Positions 37,479 through 62,997 of a DNA stretch of 64,000 nucleotides are shown here, piece by piece; position 1 is the stretch's first letter, and every line of letters starts with the position of its first letter. Where the stretch lies: NCBI RefSeq assembly GCF_009914755.1, contig NC_060941.1. One strand, given 5' to 3'. The position numbers and the translations under genes were made by a program. The notes below the pieces were generated by a model. That model saw only the letters and a program-made list of their open reading frames with translations. It was not told the origin of the DNA and did not search any database. Origin of the DNA: the human T2T-CHM13v2.0 reference genome, Homo sapiens.

Positions 37479-38536
37479 TTTGTAGAGGCCTCAACCCATC
37501 AGATGGTGTCAGGGGAGAGCGCTGGATGAATAGTTACAGTGATAAAGAGTTTAAGATTTGCAGGGTGGAACTGTTCTGGTAGTGACAAAGTACAGGGTGT
37601 GGCCATAGGAGTCCACTGAAGAGAACTGGAAGTGAAGACGCTGAGTATGAAAGGTCAGGAAACTAAGAAGCTGGGTCATTGAGTGGGTGGCCTACAAAGT
37701 CAGCAAAATCTCCCTTCCGCCCAGGAAGAAGAAGTGAGACAGGTATTTAAGAAATATGGCTGATGGATGACAGAGATGAAAGGAGAGAAGATGACAAGTT
37801 GGATGTCATGGACTTCATTGGGGCAGAGGTTTTTCATAGGGAAGAAATTGTTAGAAGGGTCTTAGGGAACTGGAAGAATGTTGTTGCTAATGCCTCCCTG
37901 TATTGGGGGCATGAAAGAATAAATAGCTTCTACTCGAAAGAAGTACAGGGGAAGTGGTAACCTCAGGGGAAAGCCAGGTTTCAGTTCAGACTAGAAGGTG
38001 AGGGAGTTTGCAAGGTGTCTGGTTGCACATAACAGAAATCAGCTCCAGCTATCTGTGGCCAGTAGTGAGTGACGGGTTGAGGGAGTTGGGTATCTTGGAC
38101 AGTTGCACAAGATGGTAGCCACAGGCCTATCATTATGGGTGAGAAGATGCTATGATGGTCTTGATGAGCTGGGAAGACACTCCAAAAAGGTGTCCACTTT
38201 AGATAGTTCTGTGAAGAAGTTAAGGAAGTAGGAGAATTCACCAACAGACAGGGGTTCCATAGGACACAAATATTAATGGAATGTCTGGGGAAGTAGAGAG
38301 AAACAGAAGTACAGAGAAATATGGGGATTAGAATGGTCTGTGGGTTCCAAGTGGTGGTATCAGGAAGGTGGTATCTAGAATGGTAGGTACAGGAGGACCT
38401 ACAAGCACATGGTGACATTTGTCGTGTCTGTCTAGCCCCTATTCTATTCCAAATATCTGTCTGCTCCCTAATTCGTCTTCATCCATTGAATTAGAGTTTC
38501 TTTCCTTTGTGTGTGTGTGGGTGTGGGTGGGTGGGG

Positions 38537-38810
38537 GGACAGAGTCTTGCCCTGTTGCCCAGGCTGGAGTGCAGTGATGCAATCATAGCTCAGTGCAGCC
38601 TTGAACTCCTGAGCTCAAGCAATCCTCCCACCTCACACTCCTGAGTAGCTGGATATACAGGGGCACCACCACACATGACTAATTTTTTTAAAAAATTTTG
38701 TAGAGATGGGAGTCTCACTGTGTTGTCCAGGCTGGTCTGGATCTCCTGGCTTCAAACAACCTTCCCACCTTGGCTTCCCAAAGTATTGGGATTACAGGCA
38801 TGAGCCCGGC
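38537..38810 (-). mobile_element. AluJ with GT-rich tail
   Basis: Alu consensus. Confidence 0.85.
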
Positions 38811-39778
38811 TGAATTTGAATTTCTGACTTTCTTTGCCTCATCCCCTTTCTTTGCCCCAGAACATCTCTTAGAGCTTCACTGTGCCACCACGACTTCTGC
38901 TACCTCCCTAAGAAGCTGCACCCTGGATTATTTCTTAAACACCCACTGTGCGGGTTGGATGCTGACCCAGCCTGCTCTACTGAGCCCTGTGAAGCCCCCA
39001 CCATCTTCTAACTTACCATATTATATTGTAATATTTTTGTGTCTCTCTTGTGTTCTAATCTATGAGTTTCTTCAAGAGCAGACATTATTTCTTGTTCTTA
39101 TTTACAGTCCTCCCCTGTAATGTCTAGCACATTGCTTGTGACCCAGGCAGGGATGGACTTGTCGAATGACTGACTGAATGACTGAGTGAGTGAATGGACT
39201 TTGATCTCTTATTGTCCTGTTCCTGTAGTCTAGAAATGTTAGACTCAGAGGTACCCTCTCTGGCAAGACTTTCCCTTTCTTGCCCACCCTTTTATCTGAT
39301 TTCCTGGTTTTGATTTCATGCTTGCCAGACATAGACCATTTGCTGGGCTAAAGAAACCCAGCTTGAGAGATACCCTGTCCCAATTCTTCCTGGCCTGCTC
39401 CTCCCAGGATCCTCCTAGAATATGGGTCTGAGACATATTGAATGTTTTCTCTACTTCCTAAAATGACATCTCTATAATATAGGCTGAGTCCCCATCCCTG
39501 AACACTTGGGTTAGGGCCAGGATCACCTGGTCCATATTCCCCAGACTGTCTTTTCCCACCTTCAACACATCTACCATCCTAGCAGAAGGGAAGCCCAGGT
39601 TTAGTGAACAGAGTGGCTGAGAAGTTACATGGCCATGATAATGCCTGATTTCAGGAAAGGGATTACTTCTGGAATAGCAGGGAGATGACATGAGAGCAGG
39701 CACAGGCTACGGGAGCTTCAACTGTACGGGTGATATTTTATTTCTAAGATGGGTACATACTCATTCGTGATTCCTTAA

Positions 39779-40120
<342 letters not shown>

Positions 40121-41111
40121 TAGAATGAGAGGTACTCAGCTTTTGCCTTAGCAGAATGCCTGCAGGTGGACCTGGGGATAGAGACAGTAGTGGTTAATGG
40201 ACTCTAGGGGTTTAGGGGAATTAAATCAAAGTGTTCAGCAGAGAGAGGACAAAGGGGCAGTAGAGGGCTTCTGGGCTCAGGGCCAACATCTTGGACCACA
40301 AGTCTATAAGCTGAGTTTGACTGACTGTAAAAGCCTGTGAATCTATTGTATTCACTGGCAAAAATCTTCAAAATAGGCAATCCCCAGCTTATTAGTTTAT
40401 TTATTGGTCTGTTGTCTGGAACTGGGAACAAGTTTTCCTATAGAAACAATATTACAAATGGTGGCTCTGCCCCAAGGCCAGCCCACAAAAGCTCACAGAA
40501 CCGTAATGTACCTGAAATATTGTACTCATAATACTAAAGATCCTGACCACTATTTATAAAAGTGTTTCTGTGGGAAAGTGCATTTCGAGTTTTAATGCCG
40601 GTAACACATATTCCTCAGCCCTGTGAGTCCTCTGGACTCTTGACCTTACTCCCACTGTGCTGATTCTTATCAGAATGGCACCATAAGCGCTGGCACCATA
40701 AGCAGCAGGAAGGCAAGTTAGTTGCTTTCTGTTGCTACAGAATTCAAGCTGAAGTTTCAAGCAATTCATCTTCACTGAGCTGACCCCAACCCCTACCATG
40801 TACCCTGGCCTGTGATCTAAGTTTAGCCTTTTAAACACAACAAAGAGCCTCTTATGCAAAACATGCTTTGTGCACCCTATCCCAAGCTGATACATAAACT
40901 CTGTCACATTAGGGACTCAATTTGGATGTTTCTGGAATGCCAAAGATGAGCGGGAGTCTTCGTTTCATGAGGAAAATGGTCTGGAAAATTTTGGGACTAG
41001 TAAAATCCCTGAGACACTGGAAAGGGACAGCTTTTGAAGAGGGGCTTGTATAATCAAGCGGAGAAGTCACCTGATGTTGACTGAAAGGAGATGAAAAATG
41101 TCCCTAAGGAG

Positions 41112-41500
<389 letters not shown>

Positions 41501-41979
41501 TCACTTAGAGAGTTCAGGTGGAGAACTGAAATCTGAAAGATCCACATGACATTCTGGGGGCCTAAAAACTATGATTTCTTCATAGACAAAAGATATTTTC
41601 TGTTGGCTATGAAGATTGTAATTGTAGGAAACTTTCTCACTATATCCAGAGCCCCAGCCTCAGTGGTAGAGGACAATGACATGTGGTGGTCCTGTTGGCC
41701 TGGAGGAGTAGCGAGGATTCAAGATTAGAGCCTGGGATAGTCACAGAGGCCGTTGAAGGACAGCATGAGTCCCTGGGACGCTCAGGACTAGATCCACTTT
41801 GGGCAGTTGGGGCTTCGAGCCCTAGTGCCACACAGGGCTTATTTTGGTAAAGCACTCTGATTGGGACAATACCTTTCCTCTATGGTGTACAGTCTTGATG
41901 GGACTAGAAATCAAACTGCCTTGTTCTTTCCTAGCCAGGGAGCGAGGTGAACAGACTGTTTCCTTAGATTTGAATCTTA

Positions 41980-42282
41980 GGGCTGGGCACGGTGGCTCAC
42001 ACCTGTAATCCTAGCACTTTGGGAGGCTAAGGCTGATGGATCACTTGAGCACAGGAGTTTGAGACCAGCCTGAGCAACATGGCGAAACCCTGGCTCTACA
42101 AAAAAAATACAAAAAAATTAGCTGGGCCTGGTGGCGTGCACCTGTAGTCCCAGCTACCTGCGGGGCTGAGGTGAGAGGATCGCTTTAGCCCAGGAGGTCA
42201 AGGTTGCAGTGAGCCGAGATCACACCACTGCACTCCACCCTGGGTGACAAAGTGAGGCGCTGTCTCAGAAAAAAAAAAAAAA
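41980..42282 (+). mobile_element. AluJ (inside an old ERVL/MaLR-like LTR, ~41540-42520)
   Basis: TSD AGATTTGAATCTT. The host ends CACTAATACA. Confidence 0.85.
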
Positions 42283-42745
42283 GATTTGAATCTTGAATGG
42301 CACGACCTAGACACTAAAAGCTGGTTGGCACCTATTGTCCCAGCGTTGTGCCCCCAGCCACCTTAACCTCTAGAGTTGCCCGGCTTCCTGTCCTCCAAGC
42401 AGACTCTCTAGCTTTCCCATGAGTCCCATCTGCTACCTATTATCCTCCCAAAACAGTTCTCTCCTACTCAAGTCATCCAGTCTGTTTCTGTTTTGTATGA
42501 TTGAAGAACTCTCACTAATACAGACTCTGATGGCAGAAGGTTGATCAAGGAAAATCTGCCAGTACAATTTGTAAAGCAACTCAAAGCCTAAATCAGCAGA
42601 AGGAATAGTTATAGCATATCATCTTCAGATACAAAAATGACAGTTCATATCTTTCAGATGTGATGAGCTCAACTTTACCTGATATGTTCACAATGTCAAG
42701 TTCAAATTTAAAAAACAAAAAACAAGCAAACAATAAAACCCTTTT

Positions 42746-43252
<507 letters not shown>

Positions 43253-43639
43253 CTAAAAACAATTTTTTTTTTTTACCTGAGAAGGCAAAGATGGGTGGGT
43301 AGAGGGAAGGTTAATATAAATATTATTCTGGGAACAAGTTACGAATTCCTAGCCCTGCATCATGCAATTTACTCTGATGACATGATAAATATGTTGGCTG
43401 TATTCAATGGTAACTATGGTTTTGTCTCATTTATTTTGGGAAATAAATATATTCATTTATATTAATAGAAAGATTTTTAGGAAAACAGGCAAATTGCAAT
43501 TCCATTCCTTTGTTATCATTTAAAATAACTGAGTTAAGATTCAATGGTAGTTTAAAAATAACAATGGAGAAAAATGTGTCTGGAAATGGCCAGTTGGCCA
43601 AATGAAGTGAAGTATGTTTCAATTCAACTAGTTGGCATT

Positions 43640-43835
<196 letters not shown>

Positions 43836-46034
43836 TAGGCATTTTCTATTTGCTCCATGATTAGCAGACCGGGTGGCGGAGCTTGTCTGAGAAAGGGCAG
43901 GCTACTTTGTCCATCAATGCCTGGTGCAAAGACATGCCATCTACTGCACCGGATGATCATCTGGGCCTCAGGCTATGGGACAGCCTGATCCTCGGCCCAT
44001 GGAGCAGCCTGGTCCTTAGTCACAGGACATGTTTCCCATCCCAGGGGAGCTCAGGTTTGTGGGTTCCACTCTTGAGATCTAAACAACAATGGACTCAGGG
44101 GGCTCAGGCAGCTTTCTCTGATCCAGTTTGTCTCTCTCCCACCTGAGTTGAGGCCACTGCAGCATAGATAAAAACTAGGGACACTCAATGTGCATGCTGC
44201 CTCTCAATTCTTATCTTCCACTGGAGGCCCAGGACTCACCCTTGTCCTGGAAAAACCCCATTCCTTCTCCCCTTTGCTATGTTTCTGCCATCATCATAGC
44301 GTGTGCCTTCCCTCACCCTCACCCCCAACCAAACCCTATCTCACCCATGATCTCTGTTTCCAGAGTTCTGGCTCAGCACAAGTTGGAGCAAAGTGCTTTT
44401 AGACACAGAAGTGAAGCAGCTTCCCTGTTATGTAAATGGGATGATACAATAGATCTGGTGCCATGTGACAACCCTCCCCATATAGTCCCTTAAGAGGCAG
44501 AGGCAGAGACCTTAAGCAGCTGTCATTGACCCCCTCCTTTTCGTGACAGTTTTAGTCAGCCTCTCCACCTCCTTCTTCCCAGCCCCAGTGCCCTTTATGA
44601 TAAAGAAAGGGTATGGGCCTGGGATGCGGGAGGTGGAGAGGCTGATTTAAGAGGCTTTCTGCCTCTATGGAATTACCACTTCTGAGTCCTCTATCTGAGA
44701 TCTCTGTCTGCTCTGATTTCTAACTTCTAGCACAGGTCTTTACAAAATAAAAACTTCAAGGAGCCTACAACTTTATCCAGATTTGGAAGGAAAATGAGAG
44801 AAAAACTGCCTTATAGATTGGTAAGTCTAAATCATGGCATTGCCTTTTGCCTATGTAGAGTCTCAGTCATTTAAGGAATAGCATTGTGTGTGACTTTGGG
44901 GAGGTCATATGTACCTGCACAATCTCCTGAAATACTTTCCCAATCTGAACATAAGCCCAGGAGCCAGGTTCCTTGACCACTGGCCAAAGCGTCACTCCAA
45001 GCCAACTCCAAGAATTGGGCTAGAGAGCCCCATGGTTATCTACATCATGGCTGTAAACTTTGTACCCAGCCAGGTACAATTATTCCTGGGATTCTTACAG
45101 CCTTCTGCTTTTACTAAACCAAAATTTACCTTCTCAAAAGGAAGAAGTTTCCCTAGTTATAGAGTTAGATAAAGCACTCTAGCAGTTGAAGACTTACTTG
45201 TCTCTTTCCCAGCTTTGACTTACCTGGAAGCAAAAAGCCCTACACCATTGAAACCAACACCTTTAACAGTGCAGCAGGGTCATATGGCCCCAAGATAAGT
45301 GATCTGTGGCTCGGGCAACAGTCAGTCTCTGCAGAAGAAGCTAGGCTGGTTGATATCAACTAGCTGACATAAGAATGGGTTATCATTTACCATGGCCACC
45401 TTCGTGGTCTGGAAGCATCATCTCCAGGTATCCAGCATCCTGTAGTAATGTGTTTGGAACATTAGAGCCTGGTGCTGTTCAGACAGACCTAGATGAACAC
45501 TTAAGTGTTTGGATTTTACTATCTCATAAACTTGGCAGTGAAATGGCCAGGTGACTTCTCTATTTCAAAACACTAGGGAGTAGAGGAAACATTTCTATTC
45601 TTGGAAATCCTCCTGTAGCTACAATAAATAAAAGCAAAATCCAAATGTCTGCGGTTCATAGTGCCTAGTACAGGCACCTAGCATAGAGCTAGAGTCACCC
45701 AGGAGTAAGTCGGGACACACCATGAGTCCTCTTTACCCAGACCAGTGGCTGTTTTTCCACAAGCAGGGAGCCCTGTCACAAGTACTTTGCCTTTCCATAA
45801 GAATACTGTAATTCTCACCTCATATATCTCAGAAGGAAACCCTGCTGATTTAGAGCATTAAATATAAGAAGATAACATCTTAAAATACTAGAAGAAAATA
45901 TGATATTCATCTTGCTCTTAAAGAAAAACATTGTAATCATTAAGTCAATAGAAAAAAATGCCAAAATAAATAAATTCAGTTACATAAAAGAAATATATTA
46001 GCTACAGCAAGTTATCATAATAAAAATAAATGCT

Positions 46035-47378
<1,344 letters not shown>

Positions 47379-47944
47379 ACCAATTAAAATTGATGAGAGT
47401 AGAAATAATTTTTTTGTTTTATTCTTTATCCTTTTCTATATTTTCTATATTTTTGCAGCCCAATAAATGTTTTTAAAATCACCTCTGAACTTTTACTACT
47501 AGTGCTTTTTTTTCTACAACTTTATACCATAATGAGATTTCTGATGGTGCACAAAGACCTGCAGTTTATATAATAAGTGACAAATCATTTTTACTCATTA
47601 GATAATTGCATATTAAGTACCTTTGTGTTTTAATATCTATTATCTTAGAGGATAACTGAGTTAATCAGTAGAGTTTACTTTAGACTGAAATAATAATTGT
47701 ACAGTTTAGTCTGAATGACTTCAACACTTTAAGCAGACCCCTCCCAGATGGCAGCCTGCAGGACAGATGGTCTGTCAAAGGTTCCTGGCCTCTGCTACCT
47801 TTGTCTTGGGTCATATCTCTGGGCTCCATCCTTTATCTCACTCTCTTGGCCATGTCTGACTTCCGTATAGGTTCTTCAACTCAAATCAGGTTCCTAATAT
47901 CCCCAGCGCTCTTGTATTGATGTCTTAACACTTCCCTTCTTCTA

Positions 47945-48253
<309 letters not shown>

Positions 48254-48529
48254 AGTTCCCTGATTCTTCAGCTTGATCCCTTTGACATGATAGTTTGAGA
48301 CTGCAACCTAGACCAAGACCATGTAGAGAATTTCCTGAGGCTCAGTGTTTGCTTAGAGTCTTGTCCCAGGTCTCCAGAGTTCCTGCCTGGCATGGCACCC
48401 CCAATAAGCTAGTAAGGCACCTGCTCCTTGATTGGTCCTCCTTGCTTACCCTAGCTCAGCTAGTTCTCCAAGAACAGTCTTCTAGGCCAGTTGAGAATGT
48501 GTCTGGGCCAGCTCCCCATCCTGAGGATC

Positions 48530-48634
48530 TGGCACCCTCCGGTGGCCATGGGTGGGTGCACCTAGCCTAGCAGTGAGTTTCAGTGCTAGAGCCTGCTAAA
48601 ATGTCCCCAGGCGTATTAGCACCCTCCAGTGACA
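48530..48634 (-). promoter_or_regulatory. Two tandem CTCF-like motifs
   Basis: Minus strand TGGCCACCGGAGGGTGCCA (48548-48530) and TGTCACTGGAGGGTGCTA (48634-48617). Confidence 0.45.
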
Positions 48635-49131
48635 GTTTAATGGAGCTACTTCAGAGAGCTGCTATCAGATCCTGGCATGCCTTACTTCTGCAGGGTCCCT
48701 TGTAATTCAATTCACCTCCTGCAACTTGCTGATGTATCAAGATAGACTAAGATCTATGTTCTTAAAGGAGAAGGCTTTTGAGGTTTTGAATTTGGCAGGA
48801 AAGTCATAAGTACTAACCTGAATGCCAGATACTGAACTAAATGCTTTATAAACATTATCATAAATAATCTTCACAACAACCCTGGAAGGTAGGCACCTAT
48901 TTTTCATCTCCACCCTCTAGAAAAGGAAATCAAGGCTCATGGGGTTGGGGGGCGGTTATATAGAAGTCAAGGTTAAGCTAAAAGGCCAACAGTTCCCTGT
49001 TAGTTGATGGCTTAGCTTGGGTTTAAAACCAGCTCAACCTGACTCAAGCTGACTCAGGTCCTATGCTTTAACAAGCCATACAGTCTCTTTAGGACATTGG
49101 GATGCTCTCAAAGATCATCATATATATATAG

Positions 49132-49790
<659 letters not shown>

Positions 49791-50304
49791 CTTATAAAAA
49801 AATATGTAGAGAGAAGCAGAGACAAGAGTTAGAGCTAGAGTCCTGACAGGGCTTGAGCTCTCGGTTCTAGTTGTTCCTGAGGCCCAAGAATACCATTGTC
49901 CTTTTCCAGACTTGGTTTTTTCATCAGATACTCCAGCCCTTCCAATAAATTCCCCTTTATAGACCAGTTTGATGTGGCTTTCTGCCACTTGTAATGTAAG
50001 AGCCCTACTAAAACAGGAAAGAAGTAGGGGACTTTGGAATACAGTCTACGTACTAACACCCACAGCAGCATTAGACAGGATACTGATGATCCACAGTCTG
50101 ATCCACACTGTTATTTTGGTTGCAAGAAACAGACAGTCAATTTACTAGAGACAAGTTACTCATTACTCAAAGACAATTCAAAAGGATGGTTCATAGGAAA
50201 AACAAATGTGTACCACACCCTGAGTCAACTGAACCTCACAGCGTTGGAAAGGATTGGAACTACAGCAGTAGCACTAGGGAACAGCCACTGCCTCCTTTCT
50301 CTAG

Positions 50305-50634
<330 letters not shown>

Positions 50635-51859
50635 TGAATCAGCACCACCCTCTCTGGACCAGCCTTTTCAGCTTATTCCCGTTGCCCCTGGCTGAAAAAA
50701 AAAGAAAAAAAAAAGCCACTCTAGCTCCCGAAGCTCTGTGGCTTTTCAGTTTCAGCTCATAAAAAATCAAAGCTTTCCTTTGTGACACTTTATTGTGAGT
50801 TCCCAAGAGGGAAGATTTGACTTCTGCTTAACTTTTTAAACCAAAGCTCAAGAGGCATAGGTCACTGGATACAGCTTAAGGCCACACCCGTGGACCAGGT
50901 GACCAATTCGCTGCAGTCATGGTCATGTGGCCCATTGCCCACTCAGTAAGTTGAGTGGGTAGGGATTTTACTCCAAAGGGATATGGGGAAGGCCAGTAAT
51001 AATTGGCATCTCTAATCAAGCCTACTTAATTGTAATTTTAACTCTTGCCAGTAAGAAAAATTAAACACGTTGTAAACATGGGCAACCTATTCCCCAAAGA
51101 CCCTCTCTAATTATCTAGTTGGCAAGAGGACTCACCTTCTGGTGCTTGTAGGCATGTGTGTATTCTCTAACTCAAAGTGCACCTTCTTCAAGTCCCCAGT
51201 CTCGCCTGCACCTGCCTTAAACACTGTGCAGTGAGCTAGACTACTCCACTCACTTGGGAGTCTATTAATTTTTTTTCTCCCCTTAACCACACTAAAGACT
51301 TTGCTTAGTAAAGCATTTTGAAGATTTAGAAAGTGACAGCTCAGTCTGCTTAGGATTTATATCCCAAACAGATGTGCCAAGAAGTCATAGGAATCAAACT
51401 GCTATTCTGTGAGTAGAATAATATATTAACTTGCCTTTTAGTAGTTTCGATTACACAGCTGTACAAATTGCAATGGAGTCTTCATAGCTAAAGTTGCTTT
51501 TATCAAAAGCACATTGCTTCTTCAAGGTGGAGGTTTTAGCATAGCAGGCACCCTGGGGGACATGCATGCATCCTTATAAAATACTGCTCATTACTTGCAA
51601 TAAAATCTTCCAGGTAGTTGAGATATGGTAGTTCTGAATTCACCTTGAGGAACCCTCTGCCCTTCATCATCAGATATATATATATAACTGTATATTATTT
51701 CACAGTGAAAATAAGGAGTTCCTCAATAATGGTACCAACATCTTACACTTTGGTCTCTGTGACTCTCAGTATTCTCGACTGTCAAATTGGGATATTGATA
51801 CCCATCTTACAGGGTTGTTGTAAGTAGCCAATGAAACAATGTTTATAAAGAGCTTAGCA

Positions 51860-52152
51860 GCTGGGCGCGGTGGCTCATACCTGTAATCCCAGCACTTTGG
51901 GAGGCCAAGGCGGGTGGATCACGAAGTCAGGAGTTTGAGACCATCCTGGCCAACATGGTGAAACCCCGCCTCTACTAAAAATACAAAAATTAGCTGGGCA
52001 TGGTGGTGGGCATCTGTAGTCCCAGTTACTCAGGAGGCTGAGGCTCAGGAGAATCTCTTGAACCTGGAGGTGAAGTTTGCAGTGAGCAGAGATGGTGCCA
52101 CTGCACTCCAGCCTGGTGATAGAGCAAGACTCTATCTAAAAAAAAAAAAAAA
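51860..52152 (+). mobile_element. AluS
   Basis: Full Alu. Confidence 0.9.
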
Positions 52153-52539
52153 TTATACTAAAGGAAGAATCCTCCACAACTTTTATCCAAGAATTGTTAC
52201 TTGGCTAGAAATATTGTGTGAACATCTATTTTTGGTAACCTGGAAAGCTGGATAAAGGGCCCATTAGCTAAGATATATTAAATCTTGATTTGAATTACAA
52301 CTAACATACATTTTTAATTTTTTCTAGGGTTTCATGAAAGGGGTCAAAAATTTTTTAAAAAGTGAGTTCAAACAAGAACGGGAAACAATAAGCATAAAAG
52401 TCGGAAAGGCCAGTACCAGCCAGTACCAGTCCTAGAACAAGGAGACTAAGCTTGGAAGTGCACTGCAAGGTGTGGCAATTACACCTGAGTCATTGAGCCT
52501 GATTCTGCAAAGGGAGCTTCAGAGATCCCTGATCAATTT

Positions 52540-55145
<2,606 letters not shown>

Positions 55146-55147
55146 AA

Positions 55148-55475
<328 letters not shown>

Positions 55476-56135
55476 AACTACCAAAGGACTAATTTTAACT
55501 GGATTCCTAAAACATACATTTGAAAACACTGGTTCATCCTTCTGATTGATGGTTGAGGGATATAATCAGACTGTAGAACTTAACTGCCAATTTTTTGTAG
55601 CAAATCTTGAAAAGCCTTGCTACATAATTTTTTTCTACAAAATTATTAAAAGCTTTATTTACCACTGGAATCATTCAACAAAAAGCAAAAGCAAATGAGC
55701 CTGAAAAAGGAGCTAAGCAATTACTACCTAGGGTTGTCATGAGCACTGATAAACTATGGTTATATTTCCTTTTTTTTTTGATTAGTTGAAGACAATGATG
55801 CAAGTCATTGCTGGCCTGGGATTTTAAATCACTGCTCTTGTATGTTCTCCCCAAATGGAATGGTCTATTCATACAGCTTTAATAACAGGTATGCTATTCA
55901 CATCATTTGAATGGGTATCTTCAAGTTTATATTCCAGATGGCAAAAAAAAAAAAAAATTCTACATAGAAAAAAATATATTTATAGGACAACTGCATTAGG
56001 AATAATTAGTTTCATTTTGCATTTGGTGTCATGTAATTAAAGTTGGTAATAAATGAAAAAAGTTGGTGTCATTTTTTTCTTTTGGTTACTGTCCTGCTAA
56101 AATATTACAAAAAGTCAAATTAAAAACATATAACA

Positions 56136-56819
<684 letters not shown>

Positions 56820-57251
56820 TCACTTTTCTCATATCAATATTTTATGAACCAATTAGTTCAGTTTTAACGTAAATAAATACACCTGGTTTTCAATCATAGT
56901 AAGAGATTTACTCAATAAATTCTACATGAATGTATTTGTACTGGACTGAATTTACATATTAATCAAGTTCGAATTGCTTTTCTAGATCAATTTTATGCAA
57001 ATATATTTACTACTATTTAAATATTTTTCTTAATAGAAAGTGCCCAAATGAAAATCACTAATTAACAATTAGGAAGCAAAATCAAAATTGTTAGATATTT
57101 TCACATTTCATCTTAGAGAAAGAAGTCTTTGAAATGGTATTGTCTTATTTTTCAATCCTTTTAATAAATTAAAAATTACTAGACTAATTTAAAATGATTT
57201 TTCCTATTACCTGCATTTCCTTCATACTTTAATAGTTTATAATTGTCATTA

Positions 57252-57570
<319 letters not shown>

Positions 57571-57706
57571 AAGAATCCTTATACACATATTTATGCTGAA
57601 CTACCTGGTAATATAGATAATAATTCATTCCATTGTATTGGGCCCAGTGATTCTCAACTAATCTTCTTGATATCTTACTGATGCTATGGTATTAAGAATT
57701 TCTTTA

Positions 57707-58232
57707 TACATGAACGCAAAGAGGGGAAAAACAGACACTGGGGCCTACTTGAGGGTGGAGCATAGGAGGAGGGAGAGGATTAAAAAAATAACTATTGGGC
57801 AGGGTGTGGTGCCTGTAATCCCAGCACTTTGGGAGGCTGAGGTGGGCAGATCACGAAGTCAAGAGTTTGAGACCAGCCTGGCCAACATGGTGAAACCCTG
57901 ACTCTACTAAGAATACAAAAATTAGCCAGGCGTGGTGGTGGGTGCCTGTAATCCCAGCGCTTTGGGAGGCTGAGGCAGGAGAATTGCTTCAACCTGGGAG
58001 GTGAAGGTTACAGTGAGCCGAGATCGTGCCACTGCACTCCAGCCTGGGCGACAGAGCAAGACTCTGTCTTGAAACAAACAAACAAACAAAAAACCAAACA
58101 AAAACTATTGGGTACTAGACCTAGTACCTGGGGGATGAAATAATCTGTACAACAAACCCCTGTGACATGAGTTTCCCTATATAACAAACCTTCACATGTA
58201 CCCCTGAACCTAAAATAAAAGTTTAGAAAAAT
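57707..58232 (+). mobile_element. Older L1PA 3' end interrupted by an Alu (~57797-58095)
   Basis: ACAGACACTGGGGCCTACTTGAGGGTGG...ACATGTACCCCTGAACCTAAAATAAAAG. AACTATTGGG is duplicated around the Alu. Confidence 0.85.
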
Positions 58233-59566
58233 TTTAAAAAGCACTTATATAAAAAAAAGAATCCTTTCGTTAAAGAAAGGTACCTAAACAAGCTTAATAT
58301 TACTTTTGCAAATAAGATTTCAAGACTCAATGAGCACATCAAGGAAATGGCGTCCGTTAGAGAAGCCTACCCCTTCCTATTGGGGGTTTCAGAGGTTACA
58401 CAGTGCAACTAGGTTTAGGTGATAAATTTAAAAAGCAAAAGGATGTTAATGTAGCAGCTCTCTGCAATATAAGTAATATCTGTATCTTTGAAGCCTAATA
58501 CTGAAACCAGATGCTCAGTTTTATGACTTCCTTCTCTCAAATGACAAGATAAGAAGAAAAACATATATAAGTCAGTTAGTGTTATCAGGAAGTGATTATT
58601 AGTTTTGCTGAAAACATAATGCCTTTGGGGCTTTGAATGAAAGTACTAATTTAAACCATTCCCAAAATGAATAAATATTCAAATGAAGTAGTGCATAAAC
58701 TTTGCTTGCCTAGGACTAACATAAGTATTTGTGACTCTATCATGTGTGTTCTTTGGAATTTTTCTCTTTCATCTGAAAAAGTCTTTCACCTGGTTACTCT
58801 TTTGGAATCAAATTTAGACACAATGCTTGGATTTTTCCCTATGTATAATAAATCAATTAATGCAACTCCTTTCCATTAAGAACAGTCCACTAATAACTGA
58901 GTGAGCATGCTTTAAATTAACCTGATATTCAAGAGCCTGCTAAGTTTTAAATCTATGGATTAAAGTTTTACCATATCTAAATCTATGTTTTGTAAGAGTT
59001 ACTCAAAGCGTATACATTTTATAATTAACATTTTAGCAACATCAGGATTGAAATTAGTGTCTTACAAGAATCTGTAAGCTCCTCAGAACAAGGACTATAT
59101 CTTTCATATCTTTTTGCTCCCCAGAACGTCTGCTGGGGTGAGTTGGAGAGTTGTTTAGTAGTGAGGGGAGTTGGATTAATAACAGTAATGGGACAGGTAG
59201 GCCAGAAGGGAAGAGACGAAACAGCATGGAAAGTATGTGATTTCAGACTTAGTAAATGGGCAGAGCCCAGGGCTAAGAAAACATGGAAAAGACATGTGGG
59301 CAAGGATGAAATATAATTTTGTTCATCTTTAAATACAGTTATACGTAAAATACAGACATTGGCAAATTTCCCGAGTCCCACTCTTCTGGGGCTATGTGGA
59401 TTTCAGTGAGTCAGGATGGCAGTGAGCACAGATGGAGGAAGAGACATTGCTGTTAGGTAAAGGTCCATCATTCAGTTGCTCGTGTCCATATCTTATTAGT
59501 GAAGTGCATGTGTGTGTATCTCAACCACAACTTCTGGTGTTCTGGGAATGTACATTTATTTTCCTA

Positions 59567-59965
<399 letters not shown>

Positions 59966-60502
59966 TCAGGCAGGAAGGGATTTAATATGAGGAATAAGAT
60001 GTTTATCACTCTTTGGAAAGGGCTGGGAGAGCAAAGGTCCGGGAAAACCACCACTAATCTGAGGAAATAAGGAAGTTGCAGAAATCTTAAAAAGCTATCT
60101 CAGCTGCCTGCATAGTCAAAGCAGAGGGAATTCAGCAAGACACCCAGAAGCCACTGTAAAATGTTCACAGAGGCCCACGTGCCTTTGATGTTGGAGGAAC
60201 AATGGTGGCTTCTGCTTCTCTTTCACCTTTCAAACCTTACTGGAATGCCTCCCATTGACTGAATCTAAACAAGGTTGTTATCAGGAGAGCTTGGGGAAAG
60301 TAGTCACTACAAGTACTGGGAGTCTTACAAGAATAGAGATGCTTACAAGAATAGAGATGTTTCTGAGTACCAACAGACAATATCTGGCACATGGTGGAAA
60401 TTTAATCTCAGTTAATTCAATGATCCTTTACTCTTTCCCTGGGTAACAAATGAGTTCTGGGCGATGTATGTATTGTCAGGCACTGAGGCAGTGGGTGGAA
60501 GG

Positions 60503-62077
<1,575 letters not shown>

Positions 62078-62094
62078 TTAATGATTACAAAACA

Positions 62095-62997
<903 letters not shown>

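Noticed and set aside
60324-60359. 18-bp tandem duplication (and a similar 13-16-bp one near 40676-40704) as an array
   Set aside because: Only two copies with no spacers. These are ordinary slippage duplications, not CRISPR-like.
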